64,000 nucleotides of DNA from Bacteroides sp. (lineage in GTDB: Bacteria > Bacteroidota > Bacteroidia > Bacteroidales > Muribaculaceae), in contig JAAVDB010000001.1 of the NCBI GenBank assembly GCA_014802015.1, forward strand, positions 25,856 through 89,855. Reading direction: 5' to 3'. The notes under the pieces were generated by a model. That model saw only the letters and a list, made by a program, of their open reading frames with translations. It had not been told where the DNA came from and ran no database searches. Numbering within the stretch: the first letter of the stretch is position 1; each line of letters begins with the position of its first letter. The position numbers and the translations under genes are program-made. Positions 8,570-18,654 of the stretch are shown one piece after another.

Positions 8570-9967
8570 TTATCGGCGGAGACGCTCGATGGCCTTGAGA
8601 TCGGCACCGATGTCGCGGCGGAAGTATTTGCCTTCGTAAGTGAGTGCGTTTGCTGCGGCAAACGAACCTTCGAGGGCCTCGTCGATGTCAGCTCCGTACG
8701 AGCTGCATGCGATGACGCGTCCACCCGATGTCAGCAGATTGCCGTCGGCATCGAGCTTGGTGCCGGCGTGGAACAGTATTGCATCGCCGCACTTGTCGGT
8801 GCCGGTGATGACTTTGCCCTTGGGATAGGAGCCGGGGTATCCGCCCGAGACAACCATTACAGTAGTGGCATAGCGCGGGTCGATGTCGAGCGGCATGTCG
8901 CCGAGGTTGCCGCGTGCGGCCGCGTCGAGCAGGGGCAGGAGGTCAGAGGCGATGCGGAGCATCACGACTTCGGTCTCGGGGTCGCCCATACGCACGTTGT
9001 ACTCAATGACCATCGGTTCGCCCTCTACCTCGATGAGCCCGAGGAAGATGAATCCGCGATAGGTGATGCCTTCTGCGATAAGTCCGTTGACAGTGGGGAG
9101 GATGATGCGCTCCTCAACCTTCTTCATAAATGTGTCATCGGCAAATGCCACAGGGCTGACAGCACCCATGCCGCCGGTGTTGGGGCCGGTGTCACCCTCG
9201 CCGATGCGTTTGTAATCCTTGGCTACGGGTAGTATGCGATAGCCGCCATTGCCGTCGGTGAGTACGAACACCGAGCATTCGATGCCTTTGAGGAACTCCT
9301 CGATGACTACTGTAGCGGATGATTTGCCGAACATGCCTGACAGCATCTCGCGCAGTGATTTCTTGGCCTCGTCGAGCGAGTCGATGATGAGTACGCCCTT
9401 GCCGGCTGCGAGTCCGTCGGCCTTGAGTACGTAGGGGGGACGGAGCTCTTCGAGAAACTTTTCACCCTCCTCGACGGTCTCGGCTGTGAAACTGCGGTAG
9501 CGTGCGGTGGGGATGTTGTGGCGCACCATGAACTGCTTGGCGAAATCCTTGCTGCCTTCGAGCGCGGCACCGGCCTGTGAGGGGCCGACGATGAGGGGCG
9601 AGCCTTCGCGGGCGCTGAAATAGTCGTAGATACCGGCCACGAGTGGGTCTTCGTTGCCGACGACGATCATGTCGATCTCTTTCTCCTTGGCAAAGGTCTC
9701 GATGGCTTGGAAATCGAGGGGCCAGAGGTCCACATTTTCTCCGTAAGCACCTGTGCCGCCGTTGCCCGGGGCGATGTAGAAGTGTCGGAGCATAGGGCTC
9801 TGTGAGATTTTCCATGCCAGCGCGCATTCGCGGCCGCCTGAGCCGAGGAGTAGCACGTTGAGAGTATTGGTCTTTTCCTGCAGTGTCTCGCCTGCGTTGA
9901 AGGGGCTTTTTTCGGGTTGTGAGCTCACGGGATATCTAAGTGTATTGAGTGTGGATTGAATTGACAT
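8570..9967 (-). CDS. purD: Phosphoribosylamine-glycine ligase
   Basis: LLGSGGRE, LEGSKDFAK, KADGLAAGKGV, GPNTGGMG, EYNVRMGDPE, TSGGRV. Confidence 0.97.
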   Translation of the reverse strand: MSIQSTLNTLRYPVSSQPEKSPFNAGETLQEKTNTLNVLLLGSGGRECALAWKISQSPMLRHFYIAPGNGGTGAYGENVDLWPLDFQAIETFAKEKEIDMIVVGNEDPLVAGIYDYFSAREGSPLIVGPSQAGAALEGSKDFAKQFMVRHNIPTARYRSFTAETVEEGEKFLEELRPPYVLKADGLAAGKGVLIIDSLDEAKKSLREMLSGMFGKSSATVVIEEFLKGIECSVFVLTDGNGGYRILPVAKDYKRIGEGDTGPNTGGMGAVSPVAFADDTFMKKVEERIILPTVNGLIAEGITYRGFIFLGLIEVEGEPMVIEYNVRMGDPETEVVMLRIASDLLPLLDAAARGNLGDMPLDIDPRYATTVMVVSGGYPGSYPKGKVITGTDKCGDAILFHAGTKLDADGNLLTSGGRVIACSSYGADIDEALEGSFAAANALTYEGKYFRRDIGADLKAIERLRR

Positions 9968-9976
9968 AGATCTGGA

Positions 9977-11584
9977 TTATTCGTTGTTGTTGCCTTCGTT
10001 GTCGGGGCGTTTCCAGCGACGGCGTGTGCGCATGAAGGGTCCTTCGGATGCGGGGATGGAAGGCATCTTGGGAGTCTCGCCGAGGCTCTTGAGCGCATGA
10101 ATGTTGCGGCGGCGTGACAGGAGTTCTTCGGCCTCGGAACGTTGCATAGAGTCATATCGCTCGCCCATGCGTGCGGTCTCCTCCTTGAATTTGCGGCGAC
10201 GCTCTTCGTTGCGTGCGTATCCGCCTTTCTTGGGACGATATTTCTCGCTCAGTGCGTTGTCCTTGGGCAGACCTCGGCGCGGTCCCTGCTGACGGTCGCC
10301 ACGCTTGCCGCCCATGCCTTTGCTGCGGGCATCGCGGGTCCATTCCGAGTCGGACTTGCGGTTGTAACGGCTCTTCTCGCTCTTGGCCGGACGGTCACCC
10401 TTGATGGTGCCACCTGATGCGCGAAATTCACTCTTTGTGCCTTCGAAGCTGATGTATTCGCGCAGTTCGCAGTCGAGTCCTCCGTTCTGGAGCTGTTCGC
10501 GCAGCGATGGGGTGAGTCCTATGCATGCGAGGCAATCCTCATTGGATGAGATGACCCATGAGTGATAGCCGCAGAATACCTTCTTGAGTTTTGTGCCGAG
10601 CGTGCGGTAGAGGTTTTCGATATCCTCCGACTTCAGGCGCTCGCCGTAAGGTGGATTGGTGACGAGAACGCCGGGTATGCCGTCGGCCGGAGCCTCGTCC
10701 CAATGCTGGAGCGGGCGCACCCGCAGATTGATATATTCGTCTACGCCGGCCGAGAGGATGTTGCGCTCGGCGATGTCTATAGCTTTAGGGGAGATGTCGG
10801 TGCCGTAGATCTTGAAGGGGATTTCGCGCAGTTCGTCATCACCTTCGTGAAGTACGCTCTCGAAGAGCTCGGGATCCCAGTCACGCCATGTGGCGAAGGG
10901 CCATGTGTCGCGATACGATCCGGGCTTGATGCCTGCAGCGATCATGGCAGCCTCGATGAGGAAAGTGCCAGAGCCGCACATCGGGTCGACAAAGGGTGTC
11001 TCACCGCGCCAACCGCTCTTGAGGATGATGCCGGCCGCGAGTACCTCATTGATGGGGGCGTCGGTCTGGGCCACGCGCCATCCGCGTTTATGCAGCGATT
11101 CGCCCGACGAGTTGAGCGAGAGGGTGATGCGTGTGCCGTCGATGTGCACGTTGATCATCACATCGGCATCGTTGAGGCGTACACCCGGACGCTTGTCAGC
11201 GCCGTAACGGTCCTTGAACCAGTCGACGATGGCATCCTTGACACGATAGGTTACAAACCGCGAGTGGGTGAACTCGTTGGAGTGTGTGGTGGTGTCGATA
11301 GAGAATGTCTTGCCGAGAGTGAGGATATTGCCCCAATCGTACTCCTTAACCATTTCATAGAGGGTGTCAGGGTCGGAGGCCATGAATTTGTAAATGGGAC
11401 GAAGGATGCTCAGTGCTGTGCGGCAACAGATGTTGGCACGATACATCATGGCGAGGTCGCCCTCGAATGATACCATCCGGCATCCGGGCTCGACATTTTC
11501 GGCTCCGAGGTTACGGAGCTCCTCGGCCAGGACATCTTCCAGACCCTTGAGGGTCTTGGCTACCATTTCAAATTTCTGTGACAT
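9977..11584 (-). CDS. rlmL: THUMP-domain 23S rRNA m2G methyltransferase (RlmL-like) with a long basic C-terminal tail
   Basis: SSGESLHKRGWR, APINEVLAAG, DPMCGSGT, TNPPYGER. Confidence 0.85.
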   Translation of the reverse strand: MSQKFEMVAKTLKGLEDVLAEELRNLGAENVEPGCRMVSFEGDLAMMYRANICCRTALSILRPIYKFMASDPDTLYEMVKEYDWGNILTLGKTFSIDTTTHSNEFTHSRFVTYRVKDAIVDWFKDRYGADKRPGVRLNDADVMINVHIDGTRITLSLNSSGESLHKRGWRVAQTDAPINEVLAAGIILKSGWRGETPFVDPMCGSGTFLIEAAMIAAGIKPGSYRDTWPFATWRDWDPELFESVLHEGDDELREIPFKIYGTDISPKAIDIAERNILSAGVDEYINLRVRPLQHWDEAPADGIPGVLVTNPPYGERLKSEDIENLYRTLGTKLKKVFCGYHSWVISSNEDCLACIGLTPSLREQLQNGGLDCELREYISFEGTKSEFRASGGTIKGDRPAKSEKSRYNRKSDSEWTRDARSKGMGGKRGDRQQGPRRGLPKDNALSEKYRPKKGGYARNEERRRKFKEETARMGERYDSMQRSEAEELLSRRRNIHALKSLGETPKMPSIPASEGPFMRTRRRWKRPDNEGNNNE

Positions 11585-11623
11585 AATGGCTTGTATAGGG
11601 AGTTAATAGGGGTAATATATTGT

Positions 11624-12544
11624 TTAGCTTATTGATGATCGGAAATTATCGGCACGGGCCTGAACGAGTTTTTCGCCGGGAGCCACATCGCGTGCCACCC
11701 AGAGGTTGCCGCCGATTACTGCACCGCGACCGATGGTGACACGGCCGAGAATGGTGGTGTTGGAGTAGATGACCACATCGTCACCGATGATGGGATGACG
11801 GGGTATCCCCTTGACGGGGTTGTTGGAGTCATCGGTGACAAAACTGCGTGCGCCGAGCGTCACGCCCTGATACAGTTTTACATTGTTGCCGATGATGGCC
11901 GTGGCTCCGATCACGACACCGGTGCCGTGGTCTATCAGGAATCCTTCGCCTATCTCAGCGCCGGGGTGTATGTCTATGCCGGTGGCCGAGTGGGCGAGTT
12001 CGGAGATCATGCGGGGCAGGATGGGGACTCCGAGCTTGAGCAGGGAGTGGGCTATGCGATAGCTGATAGTGGCGCGCAGACCGGGATAGCACACGAGTAC
12101 CTCGTGGGTCGATGTGGCTGCGGGATCGCCGAGATAGGTGGCGTCGATGTCGGTGTCGAGTGTCCTGCGCAGATCCGGGAGGAGGGATATGAATTTGTCG
12201 CTCGCAGCTTCGGCCCGCTGATTGATGTCACGCAGCGGGGTGGAGCATGAGGTGTCGGCAAAGCAGAAGCAGGCCGTAATCTGATGTATCAGCAGATTGC
12301 GCAACTCGTGACATGCGAGTGTGAGCATTGACCGCAGCACTGACGGTGACTCGATAGAGTCGTTGAAAAATCCGGGGAAAAGGAGGCCGGACGCGAGTTG
12401 GACTATGCGCTCGACTGACTGGTTGGATAGCACCGGCTGACCCTCATGGCGACGTTCGGGACAGACGTGGTGCATGTCGTCGAGACTGCACAACTTGTCC
12501 ACGATTGCATCTATGTGTGTAGGTGAGGGGGCGGTGGGTTCCAT
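11624..12544 (-). CDS. cysE: Serine O-acetyltransferase
   Basis: GDPAA, TGIDIHPGA, IDHGTGVVIG, YQGVTLG, RHPIIGD hexapeptide repeats. Promoter TAACTTTG at 12585-12592. Confidence 0.92.
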   Translation of the reverse strand: MEPTAPSPTHIDAIVDKLCSLDDMHHVCPERRHEGQPVLSNQSVERIVQLASGLLFPGFFNDSIESPSVLRSMLTLACHELRNLLIHQITACFCFADTSCSTPLRDINQRAEAASDKFISLLPDLRRTLDTDIDATYLGDPAATSTHEVLVCYPGLRATISYRIAHSLLKLGVPILPRMISELAHSATGIDIHPGAEIGEGFLIDHGTGVVIGATAIIGNNVKLYQGVTLGARSFVTDDSNNPVKGIPRHPIIGDDVVIYSNTTILGRVTIGRGAVIGGNLWVARDVAPGEKLVQARADNFRSSIS

Positions 12545-12646
12545 GATTTTAAAGTTTTGTGAGGCCCGCGCGGGCTTGTGAGTGCAAAGTTACAATTTTT
12601 GCGCGGGATTAATGCAATTTTTCGTCAAATTGCGCTTAAAATAAGA

Positions 12647-12680
12647 GTCGGGCCGGACACAAGGCAGTGTCCGGCCCGGC
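12647..12680 (-). terminator. GC-rich hairpin downstream of the TPR lipoprotein gene
   Basis: GGGCCGGACAC...GTGTCCGGCCC inverted repeat. Confidence 0.6.
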
Positions 12681-12727
12681 CGTGGGCTATGTCGGTCTGT
12701 CGCTTGCGCAGACAGGCGGGATCTTTA

Positions 12728-14413
12728 TCAGAGAGCCTTTGAGATGTTGTAGCGAGCAAACTCAAGGTCATTGGCGGCCTGAGCTGCAAGGCTCTTGTCA
12801 AGCTTGACAGCCTGACGGAGGTTTGATGTCACCATCTGCTCGTTACCTGTGCGTGCGCCGAGAATTGCGGTCAGATAATAAGTGGTGGCGTCGGGTGCTG
12901 CGATTGCGGCGAGGGTGCTCTTGGCAGTGCTGTAGTCCTTGTTGAGGATCTGTGCGAGAGCTGCGTTGTTGCTCTTGTCGTTACCGAAAGCCTTGACAGC
13001 GGCCTTGACGTCACCCTGCTTGAGGTAGAGGAGACCGAGGGCGGGCGAGAGGTCATCGAGACCGGCGGCCTTACCGAACGCGTTGTTGGCGGCGCGGAGG
13101 TCGTCGTTGACGAGCGCTACGAGACCCTGGTTCATCTGCGACTCGGGTGCGTTGGCGTCGATGCGTGCAGCCTTCTTGAAGCTTGCCATGGCGGCGTCAT
13201 AGTCGCCCTGCTGATACTGAACCTTACCGAGGTTGTTGAAGCCACGGTAATCGTTGGGGAAGAGACGAGTGGCGGCGGTGTAGATGTCCTTCTTTCGGCC
13301 GAGGTCGTCGGTGAGGGTGGCGGCATAGAGGAGTTCGTCGACAGTGAGGGTCGAGGGGTCGGTGTTGTAAGCCTGATTGATCTCGTCGTCGCTCTTGCCG
13401 ATTACGTTCACGCTGGCTGTGATGCGTGAGTAACGGAGCTGGGGAAGGATCTCGTCGGCAAGCTGATCGAATACGCTTGAGAGGTTGCGGATCTCACGCT
13501 CGCGCTGCTCGGGATCTTTGTACATCGAGAGGACGCTGAGGATGAGGTCCTTGTCCTGAATGTTGCTGGCTGCAACGAGTTTCTGGAAGCCTTCCCAGTC
13601 CTCGGGGGTGAAGTTGGCTGTGAGTTCGCCGAACTCGGTCACCTTGTCCTTCTTGAGGGCGTTGGTGAGGTACTTCGAGGTGTTGATCTCGCGGTTCTGA
13701 GCCAGACGGGTGTTGAGGTCGATGCCACCTTCGGGAGAAGCGTATGACTGGATGTTGATCTCTTCGATCTGACGGGCGTCATCCGAAGCGGCGGCGCGGA
13801 GGTCGCGGTGCAGACGGAGCACTTCATCGCTCTTGAGCTCGCTCTCGCGGAGGTTGGCCTGATTGATGAGGAAGTGGATGTCAGCCGAGTATTTCTCGTT
13901 GATGATGCGCTGGAACTTGTCATCGGCTGTAGCCGGGGTGAGTGTTCCTGCATTGGCGAGTGCGGCGGTGGCTACGACACCGTTGGCCACTTTGACGCGG
14001 GGCAGTACGTACTGCTTGCCTTTCTGGTTGACGGTGAAGTTGAGGTAGAGCTCAGACTTCTGCATCGCGGGCTGGTAGAGATAATTTACGGGGATGGTTA
14101 CGGTTCCGCCGTTGTCATACGACACTACGGGATTGTTGCCGCGAACCTTTTCGCCCTGGAATGTCATGGGTGAGGCCATCTCTTCGGTCGAGCCGTATAC
14201 GAGTACGGGGGTGACTGATACAGTGGCGTTCTTGACGAAGAATTTTGCCGGGATGTGGCCGGTGACGGTGGCGGGTACGTGTGTGCCCACTACTTCGAGA
14301 GGATTGGGGTTGGTTGAGAAATAATCTGCTGAAAACTGATTCATCTTCTTGTTACAGCCGGTGAGGAGCATGGCAGAACCGATGAACAGCGCAAATCCTG
14401 AAAATTTGTTCAT
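12728..14413 (-). CDS. Outer-membrane lipoprotein with OmpA-like central region and C-terminal TPR repeats
   Basis: Lipobox LLTGC, SYASPEG..N..LA..R motif, TPR-like helices (RGFNNLGKVQYQQGDYDAAMASFKKA). Promoter TACCTTTG at 14495-14502. Confidence 0.75.
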   Translation of the reverse strand: MNKFSGFALFIGSAMLLTGCNKKMNQFSADYFSTNPNPLEVVGTHVPATVTGHIPAKFFVKNATVSVTPVLVYGSTEEMASPMTFQGEKVRGNNPVVSYDNGGTVTIPVNYLYQPAMQKSELYLNFTVNQKGKQYVLPRVKVANGVVATAALANAGTLTPATADDKFQRIINEKYSADIHFLINQANLRESELKSDEVLRLHRDLRAAASDDARQIEEINIQSYASPEGGIDLNTRLAQNREINTSKYLTNALKKDKVTEFGELTANFTPEDWEGFQKLVAASNIQDKDLILSVLSMYKDPEQREREIRNLSSVFDQLADEILPQLRYSRITASVNVIGKSDDEINQAYNTDPSTLTVDELLYAATLTDDLGRKKDIYTAATRLFPNDYRGFNNLGKVQYQQGDYDAAMASFKKAARIDANAPESQMNQGLVALVNDDLRAANNAFGKAAGLDDLSPALGLLYLKQGDVKAAVKAFGNDKSNNAALAQILNKDYSTAKSTLAAIAAPDATTYYLTAILGARTGNEQMVTSNLRQAVKLDKSLAAQAANDLEFARYNISKAL

Positions 14414-14615
14414 GTGAAATGTGACTGAGTATGAATGTTTTTATATAAAATTCTTGTGTGTGAGTGACTTTTGCAGTCTCCCCGAAATTAAAGGCAAAGG
14501 TAATATCTATCCATGACTATTGCAAGAGGATGTCAAAGAATTAACTATAATTTTTATCATGCGAATTTTATGGTGATTTTTTGGCGCTGTTGGTGTGTAT
14601 GAGCGGAAATTTGTG

Positions 14616-14682
14616 TACTTTTGTCTGTTGATTGCGATTCTGCGCTTTAGCGCGAGGGTATGTCATACGTTTTGAGTCGCAA
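14616..14682 (+). promoter_or_regulatory. speA promoter (-7 TACTTTTG) and structured 5' leader
   Basis: TAnnTTTG at 14616-14623. Closing stem TTGCGATTC/GAGTCGCAA (14632-14682) encloses two short hairpins. Confidence 0.5.
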
Positions 14683-14725
14683 ATACCGCATTTATTAATT
14701 AAAAAAAATTACCCGCTTTCAGCCG

Positions 14726-16627
14726 ATGAGAAGATGGCGCATTGAGGACAGCGAGGAGCTGTACAACATTCAAGGATGGGGACGACAGTATTTCTCCATC
14801 AATTCCAAGGGCAACGTTGCCGTGACACCCCGTGAGGGGTATGCGTCCGTCGACCTCCGTGAGGTCATGGATGAGCTTCAGGTCAGGGATATAACGTCGC
14901 CGGTGCTGCTGCGTTTCCCGGACATTCTCGACAACCGTATCGAGAAGATTTCAAAATGCTTTGCCGTAGCGTCGGAGCAGTATAATTATCAGGGTAAGAA
15001 TTATATCATATACCCCATCAAGGTCAATCAGATGCGGCCTGTGGTGGAGGAGATCGTGTCGCACGGCGAGAAGTTCAATATCGGTCTTGAGGCCGGCTCG
15101 AAGCCTGAGTTGCATGCAGTGCTCGCCACAAACATCAAGGAGAATGCCCTTATTATCTGTAACGGATATAAAGATAAGACATATATCGAACTTGCCCTTC
15201 TGGCTCAGAAGATGGGACGTCGCATATATATCGTGGTTGAGAAGCTTAATGAACTGCGCATTATATCCGAAGTGGCCAAGCGTATGGATCTGCGCCCCAA
15301 TGTGGGCCTGCGTATTAAGCTTGCTTCGTCCGGCTCAGGCAAGTGGGAGACGAGCGGTGGCGATCAGTCAAAATTCGGTCTGAACTCGGCCGAGCTGCTT
15401 GAGGCGCTCGATTATATGGAGCGTAACAAGATGACTGACTGTCTCAAGCTCATTCATTTCCATATCGGCAGTCAGATTACCAAGATACGATTTATTAAGA
15501 ATGCCATCCGTGAGGCTACCCAATTCTATGTGCAGCTCTGTCAGATGGGATTTGAAGTTGAATTTATGGACATCGGCGGAGGTCTGGGTGTGGACTATGA
15601 CGGTACACGTAACTCTGCATCGGGCTCATCGATGAATTATTCCATTCAGGAGTATGCCAACGATGCCGTGTCGGCCATCGTGGATGCCTGTGTCAAAAAC
15701 GGACTCAAGCAACCTAATGTCATAAATGAGAGCGGCCGATCGCTCACCGCTCATCACTCGGTGCTGGTATTTGAGGTGCTGGAGACAACGCAGTTGCCTA
15801 TCTGGAAGGATAGCAAAGAAATATCGGATGACGCTCACGAGCTGATACGCGAACTCTACAATATCTGGGATAGACTGGATCAGCAGAATATATTGGAAAG
15901 CTGGCACGATGCCCTGCAGATACGTGAAGAGGCGCTTGACCTGTTCAGTCTCGGCCTGCTCGATCTGCGCACGCGTGCCCAGATGGAGGAATTGTTCTGG
16001 ACAATAGCGCGCGAAGTGGGTGACATATCCCACGGCATGCGTCATGCTCCCGAAGAGTTGCGCAAGGTGTCAAAGATGATTCCCGATAAGTATTTCTGCA
16101 ACTTCTCGCTGTTTCAGTCACTTACCGACTCATGGGCTATCGATCAGGTGTTCCCGATCATACCCATCTCGCGTCTTGACGAGAAGCCGACACGTACGTG
16201 TACGATTCAGGACATAACGTGCGACAGCGATGGCAAGATAGCCAATTATATCTCGACCGCAGGTGTGACTTCCGGGTCGCTGCCTGTGCATCCCGTCAAG
16301 CAGGGTGAACCGTATTATCTCGGCGTCTTCCTCGTGGGGGCATATCAGGAAATTCTCGGAGATATGCACAACCTGTTCGGTGACACCAACGCCGTGCATA
16401 TCTCGGTCTACAAGGATCGTTACGAGATAGACCGTATAATTGACGGCGAGACGGTGGCCGATGTACTCGATTACGTGCAGTTCAATCCCAAGAAACTGGT
16501 ACGTAATGTCGAGGCGTGGGTGACTGCGTCGATGAAGGAGGGTAAGATCTCGCCTGAGGAGGGCCGTGAGTTCCTGAGCAATTACCGTTCAGGTCTGTAC
16601 GGATATACCTATATAGAAAAAGACTGA
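14726..16627 (+). CDS. speA: Biosynthetic arginine decarboxylase
   Basis: YPIKVNQ (PLP Lys), GLEAGSKPEL, HFHIGSQI, DIGGGLGVDYDG, DITCDSDG, GAYQEILGDMHNLFG. Confidence 0.97.
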   Translation: MRRWRIEDSEELYNIQGWGRQYFSINSKGNVAVTPREGYASVDLREVMDELQVRDITSPVLLRFPDILDNRIEKISKCFAVASEQYNYQGKNYIIYPIKVNQMRPVVEEIVSHGEKFNIGLEAGSKPELHAVLATNIKENALIICNGYKDKTYIELALLAQKMGRRIYIVVEKLNELRIISEVAKRMDLRPNVGLRIKLASSGSGKWETSGGDQSKFGLNSAELLEALDYMERNKMTDCLKLIHFHIGSQITKIRFIKNAIREATQFYVQLCQMGFEVEFMDIGGGLGVDYDGTRNSASGSSMNYSIQEYANDAVSAIVDACVKNGLKQPNVINESGRSLTAHHSVLVFEVLETTQLPIWKDSKEISDDAHELIRELYNIWDRLDQQNILESWHDALQIREEALDLFSLGLLDLRTRAQMEELFWTIAREVGDISHGMRHAPEELRKVSKMIPDKYFCNFSLFQSLTDSWAIDQVFPIIPISRLDEKPTRTCTIQDITCDSDGKIANYISTAGVTSGSLPVHPVKQGEPYYLGVFLVGAYQEILGDMHNLFGDTNAVHISVYKDRYEIDRIIDGETVADVLDYVQFNPKKLVRNVEAWVTASMKEGKISPEEGREFLSNYRSGLYGYTYIEKD

Positions 16628-16646
16628 TAAACCAATCGATTGCGAC

Positions 16647-17408
16647 GTGAGATATTTCATGCGCCTCAGTTATCGGGGCGAGCCGTATCATGGCTGGCAA
16701 TGTCAGCCCGGTGATGTCACCGTGCAGGAGGTCATAGAGACCGCCCTGTCAAAGGTGATGCGCCGCCCGATGAAGATAGTCGGCGCCGGACGCACCGATG
16801 CCGGCGTGAACGCACGCATGATGATAGCGCATTTTGATGTGTCCGAACCGTTGGCTGATCCCGCGCGGCTCGTAGGGTCGCTCAATGCACTCGTGGGTCG
16901 TGACATCGCCATTCAGGAGGTGTATCGTGTGCCGGATGATATGCATGCACGTTTTGATGCGACATCGCGCACGTATCATTATTATGCTATAGGGGAGAAG
17001 TCACCGTTCTTCTATCCTCTCAGCTGGAAAGCACCGGCCGGCCTCGATTATGATGCGATGAACCGTGCGGCTCAATTGCTGCTGGAGACGAGTGATTTCA
17101 CTTCGTTCGCAAAACTGCACACCGATGCCAAGACCAATATATGTCGTGTCACTCATGCGCATTGGCACCGTATAGAGACGCTCGGAGGTGAAGGTTGGGT
17201 GTTCGTGATTACGGCCGACCGTTTCCTGCGCAATATGGTCAGGGCTGTGGTCGGTACACTCGTTGAGGTCGGTCGAGGAAAGATCTCGGTCGAAGAGTTC
17301 GGCCGCATCATTGAACGGCGTGACCGCTGTGCCGCCGGGACATCGATGCCGGCTCAGGCTCTGTATCTATGGGAGGTTACATATCCCGAATTTACTGTTT
17401 CAGAATAA
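16647..17408 (+). CDS. truA: tRNA pseudouridine(38-40) synthase
   Basis: YHGWQ, GAGRTDAGVNA, HARFDA, FLRNMVR. Confidence 0.96.
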   Translation: MRYFMRLSYRGEPYHGWQCQPGDVTVQEVIETALSKVMRRPMKIVGAGRTDAGVNARMMIAHFDVSEPLADPARLVGSLNALVGRDIAIQEVYRVPDDMHARFDATSRTYHYYAIGEKSPFFYPLSWKAPAGLDYDAMNRAAQLLLETSDFTSFAKLHTDAKTNICRVTHAHWHRIETLGGEGWVFVITADRFLRNMVRAVVGTLVEVGRGKISVEEFGRIIERRDRCAAGTSMPAQALYLWEVTYPEFTVSE

Positions 17409-17435
17409 GGAACTCTTAAAAATAATATAGGCTTT

Positions 17436-18104
17436 ATGAAGAAGATAATTGTTGCCGCACTCATGGCTCTCGTGACTCTCGGCGCAGGTGCTCAGTCACT
17501 GTTTTGGGATAGTTCGGATGCTGACAAGACTGTAGTGTTCGGTGGCCGTTTCGGCTGGAACTTCGCATCGGTGGCGGGCAAAGGAAGTAATTATTTCGAC
17601 GGACGCAAAGGCATCGCGTTTGGCGCTGCGGTGGATGTGAATCTCATTAAAAGTTTCTCTATCAATACCGGATTGTATTTCACGATGAAAGGCTGTTCGT
17701 TGAATTGTGAGGCCATCGTTGACGATATGGTGGGCATTGCCGCCAAGTCCACTCAAGCGGTCAATTTTATCGAGCTGCCCGTGTATGCGTCATATCATCT
17801 GCGCTTCAATCCCGATTCAGACCTTCAGATATTCGCCGGCCCATATTTCGGCGTGGGTGTGTATGGCAAGCAGGGTAATAAACTCCGCGACAGCGAGAGC
17901 TATGCCGAGGATAAGGTAAACCTTTTCGGCAAGAAGAATCTCGGTTATCACCGTTGGCAGTATGGCATCGGCCTCGGAGCATCCTATACGTTCAACGAAC
18001 ATTATCTTGTGGGGCTTCAGTATCAGTGGGGCATCAGTGATGTCGGTGAACTCCTCGACAATCAGTGGAACTGTTTCCAGCTCACTTTAGGCTATAATTT
18101 TTAA
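17436..18104 (+). CDS. Outer-membrane beta-barrel (porin-family/OMP_b-brl) protein
   Basis: Signal peptide, alternating amphipathic strands, C-terminal LTLGYNF BAM signal. Confidence 0.8.
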   Translation: MKKIIVAALMALVTLGAGAQSLFWDSSDADKTVVFGGRFGWNFASVAGKGSNYFDGRKGIAFGAAVDVNLIKSFSINTGLYFTMKGCSLNCEAIVDDMVGIAAKSTQAVNFIELPVYASYHLRFNPDSDLQIFAGPYFGVGVYGKQGNKLRDSESYAEDKVNLFGKKNLGYHRWQYGIGLGASYTFNEHYLVGLQYQWGISDVGELLDNQWNCFQLTLGYNF

Positions 18105-18175
18105 AACTTATCTGAAATTTTTTGGAAAAATTATATTACCTCTTGTAAAAGTAGGTTTAATTGAGGAAAAATTTC

Positions 18176-18183
18176 TATATTTG
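18176..18183 (+). promoter_or_regulatory. -7 element TATATTTG for the nuo/atp cluster
   Basis: TAnnTTTG ~100 nt upstream of nuoA, followed by hairpin GTGTCCGGC-CTGA-GTCGGACGC (18197-18218). Confidence 0.65.
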
Positions 18184-18285
18184 CACTCGGAAAACCGTGT
18201 CCGGCCTGAGTCGGACGCATGAAACCTGTGCAATGGACGAGTTTCCAGTAGTTTAGCCTTAAAAGAAAACGATTTATCTCATAAT

Positions 18286-18654
18286 ATGATAGCATTAGCA
18301 ATTCAAAATGCAACGCTTGCGGTGGTCGCCCTCTGTACGGGTGTCGCCCTTGTAGCTGTCGCCCTATGGCTTGCCGGGCTTATCTCGCCCCGCTCGTTTA
18401 ATCCGCAGAAAGGAGAGGCTTATGAATGTGGTATTCCTACCCGAGGAGAGTCAATGGCTCAATTCAAGGTGGGATATTATCTTTTTGCCATCCTCTTTCT
18501 CATGTTTGATGTCGAGACTGTGTTTCTTTATCCCTGGGCGGTGCGTGTGCACGAACTGGGCACACAGGGTCTGACGGCGATTGCTGTATTTTTCGGAATT
18601 ATAGTGCTGGGTCTTGTATATGCCTGGCGGAAAGGAGCTCTTGAATGGAAGTAA
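18286..18654 (+). CDS. nuoA: NADH-quinone oxidoreductase subunit A
   Basis: K.EAYECG loop, FLMFDVETVFLYPW, WRKGALEW. Confidence 0.96.
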   Translation: MIALAIQNATLAVVALCTGVALVAVALWLAGLISPRSFNPQKGEAYECGIPTRGESMAQFKVGYYLFAILFLMFDVETVFLYPWAVRVHELGTQGLTAIAVFFGIIVLGLVYAWRKGALEWK

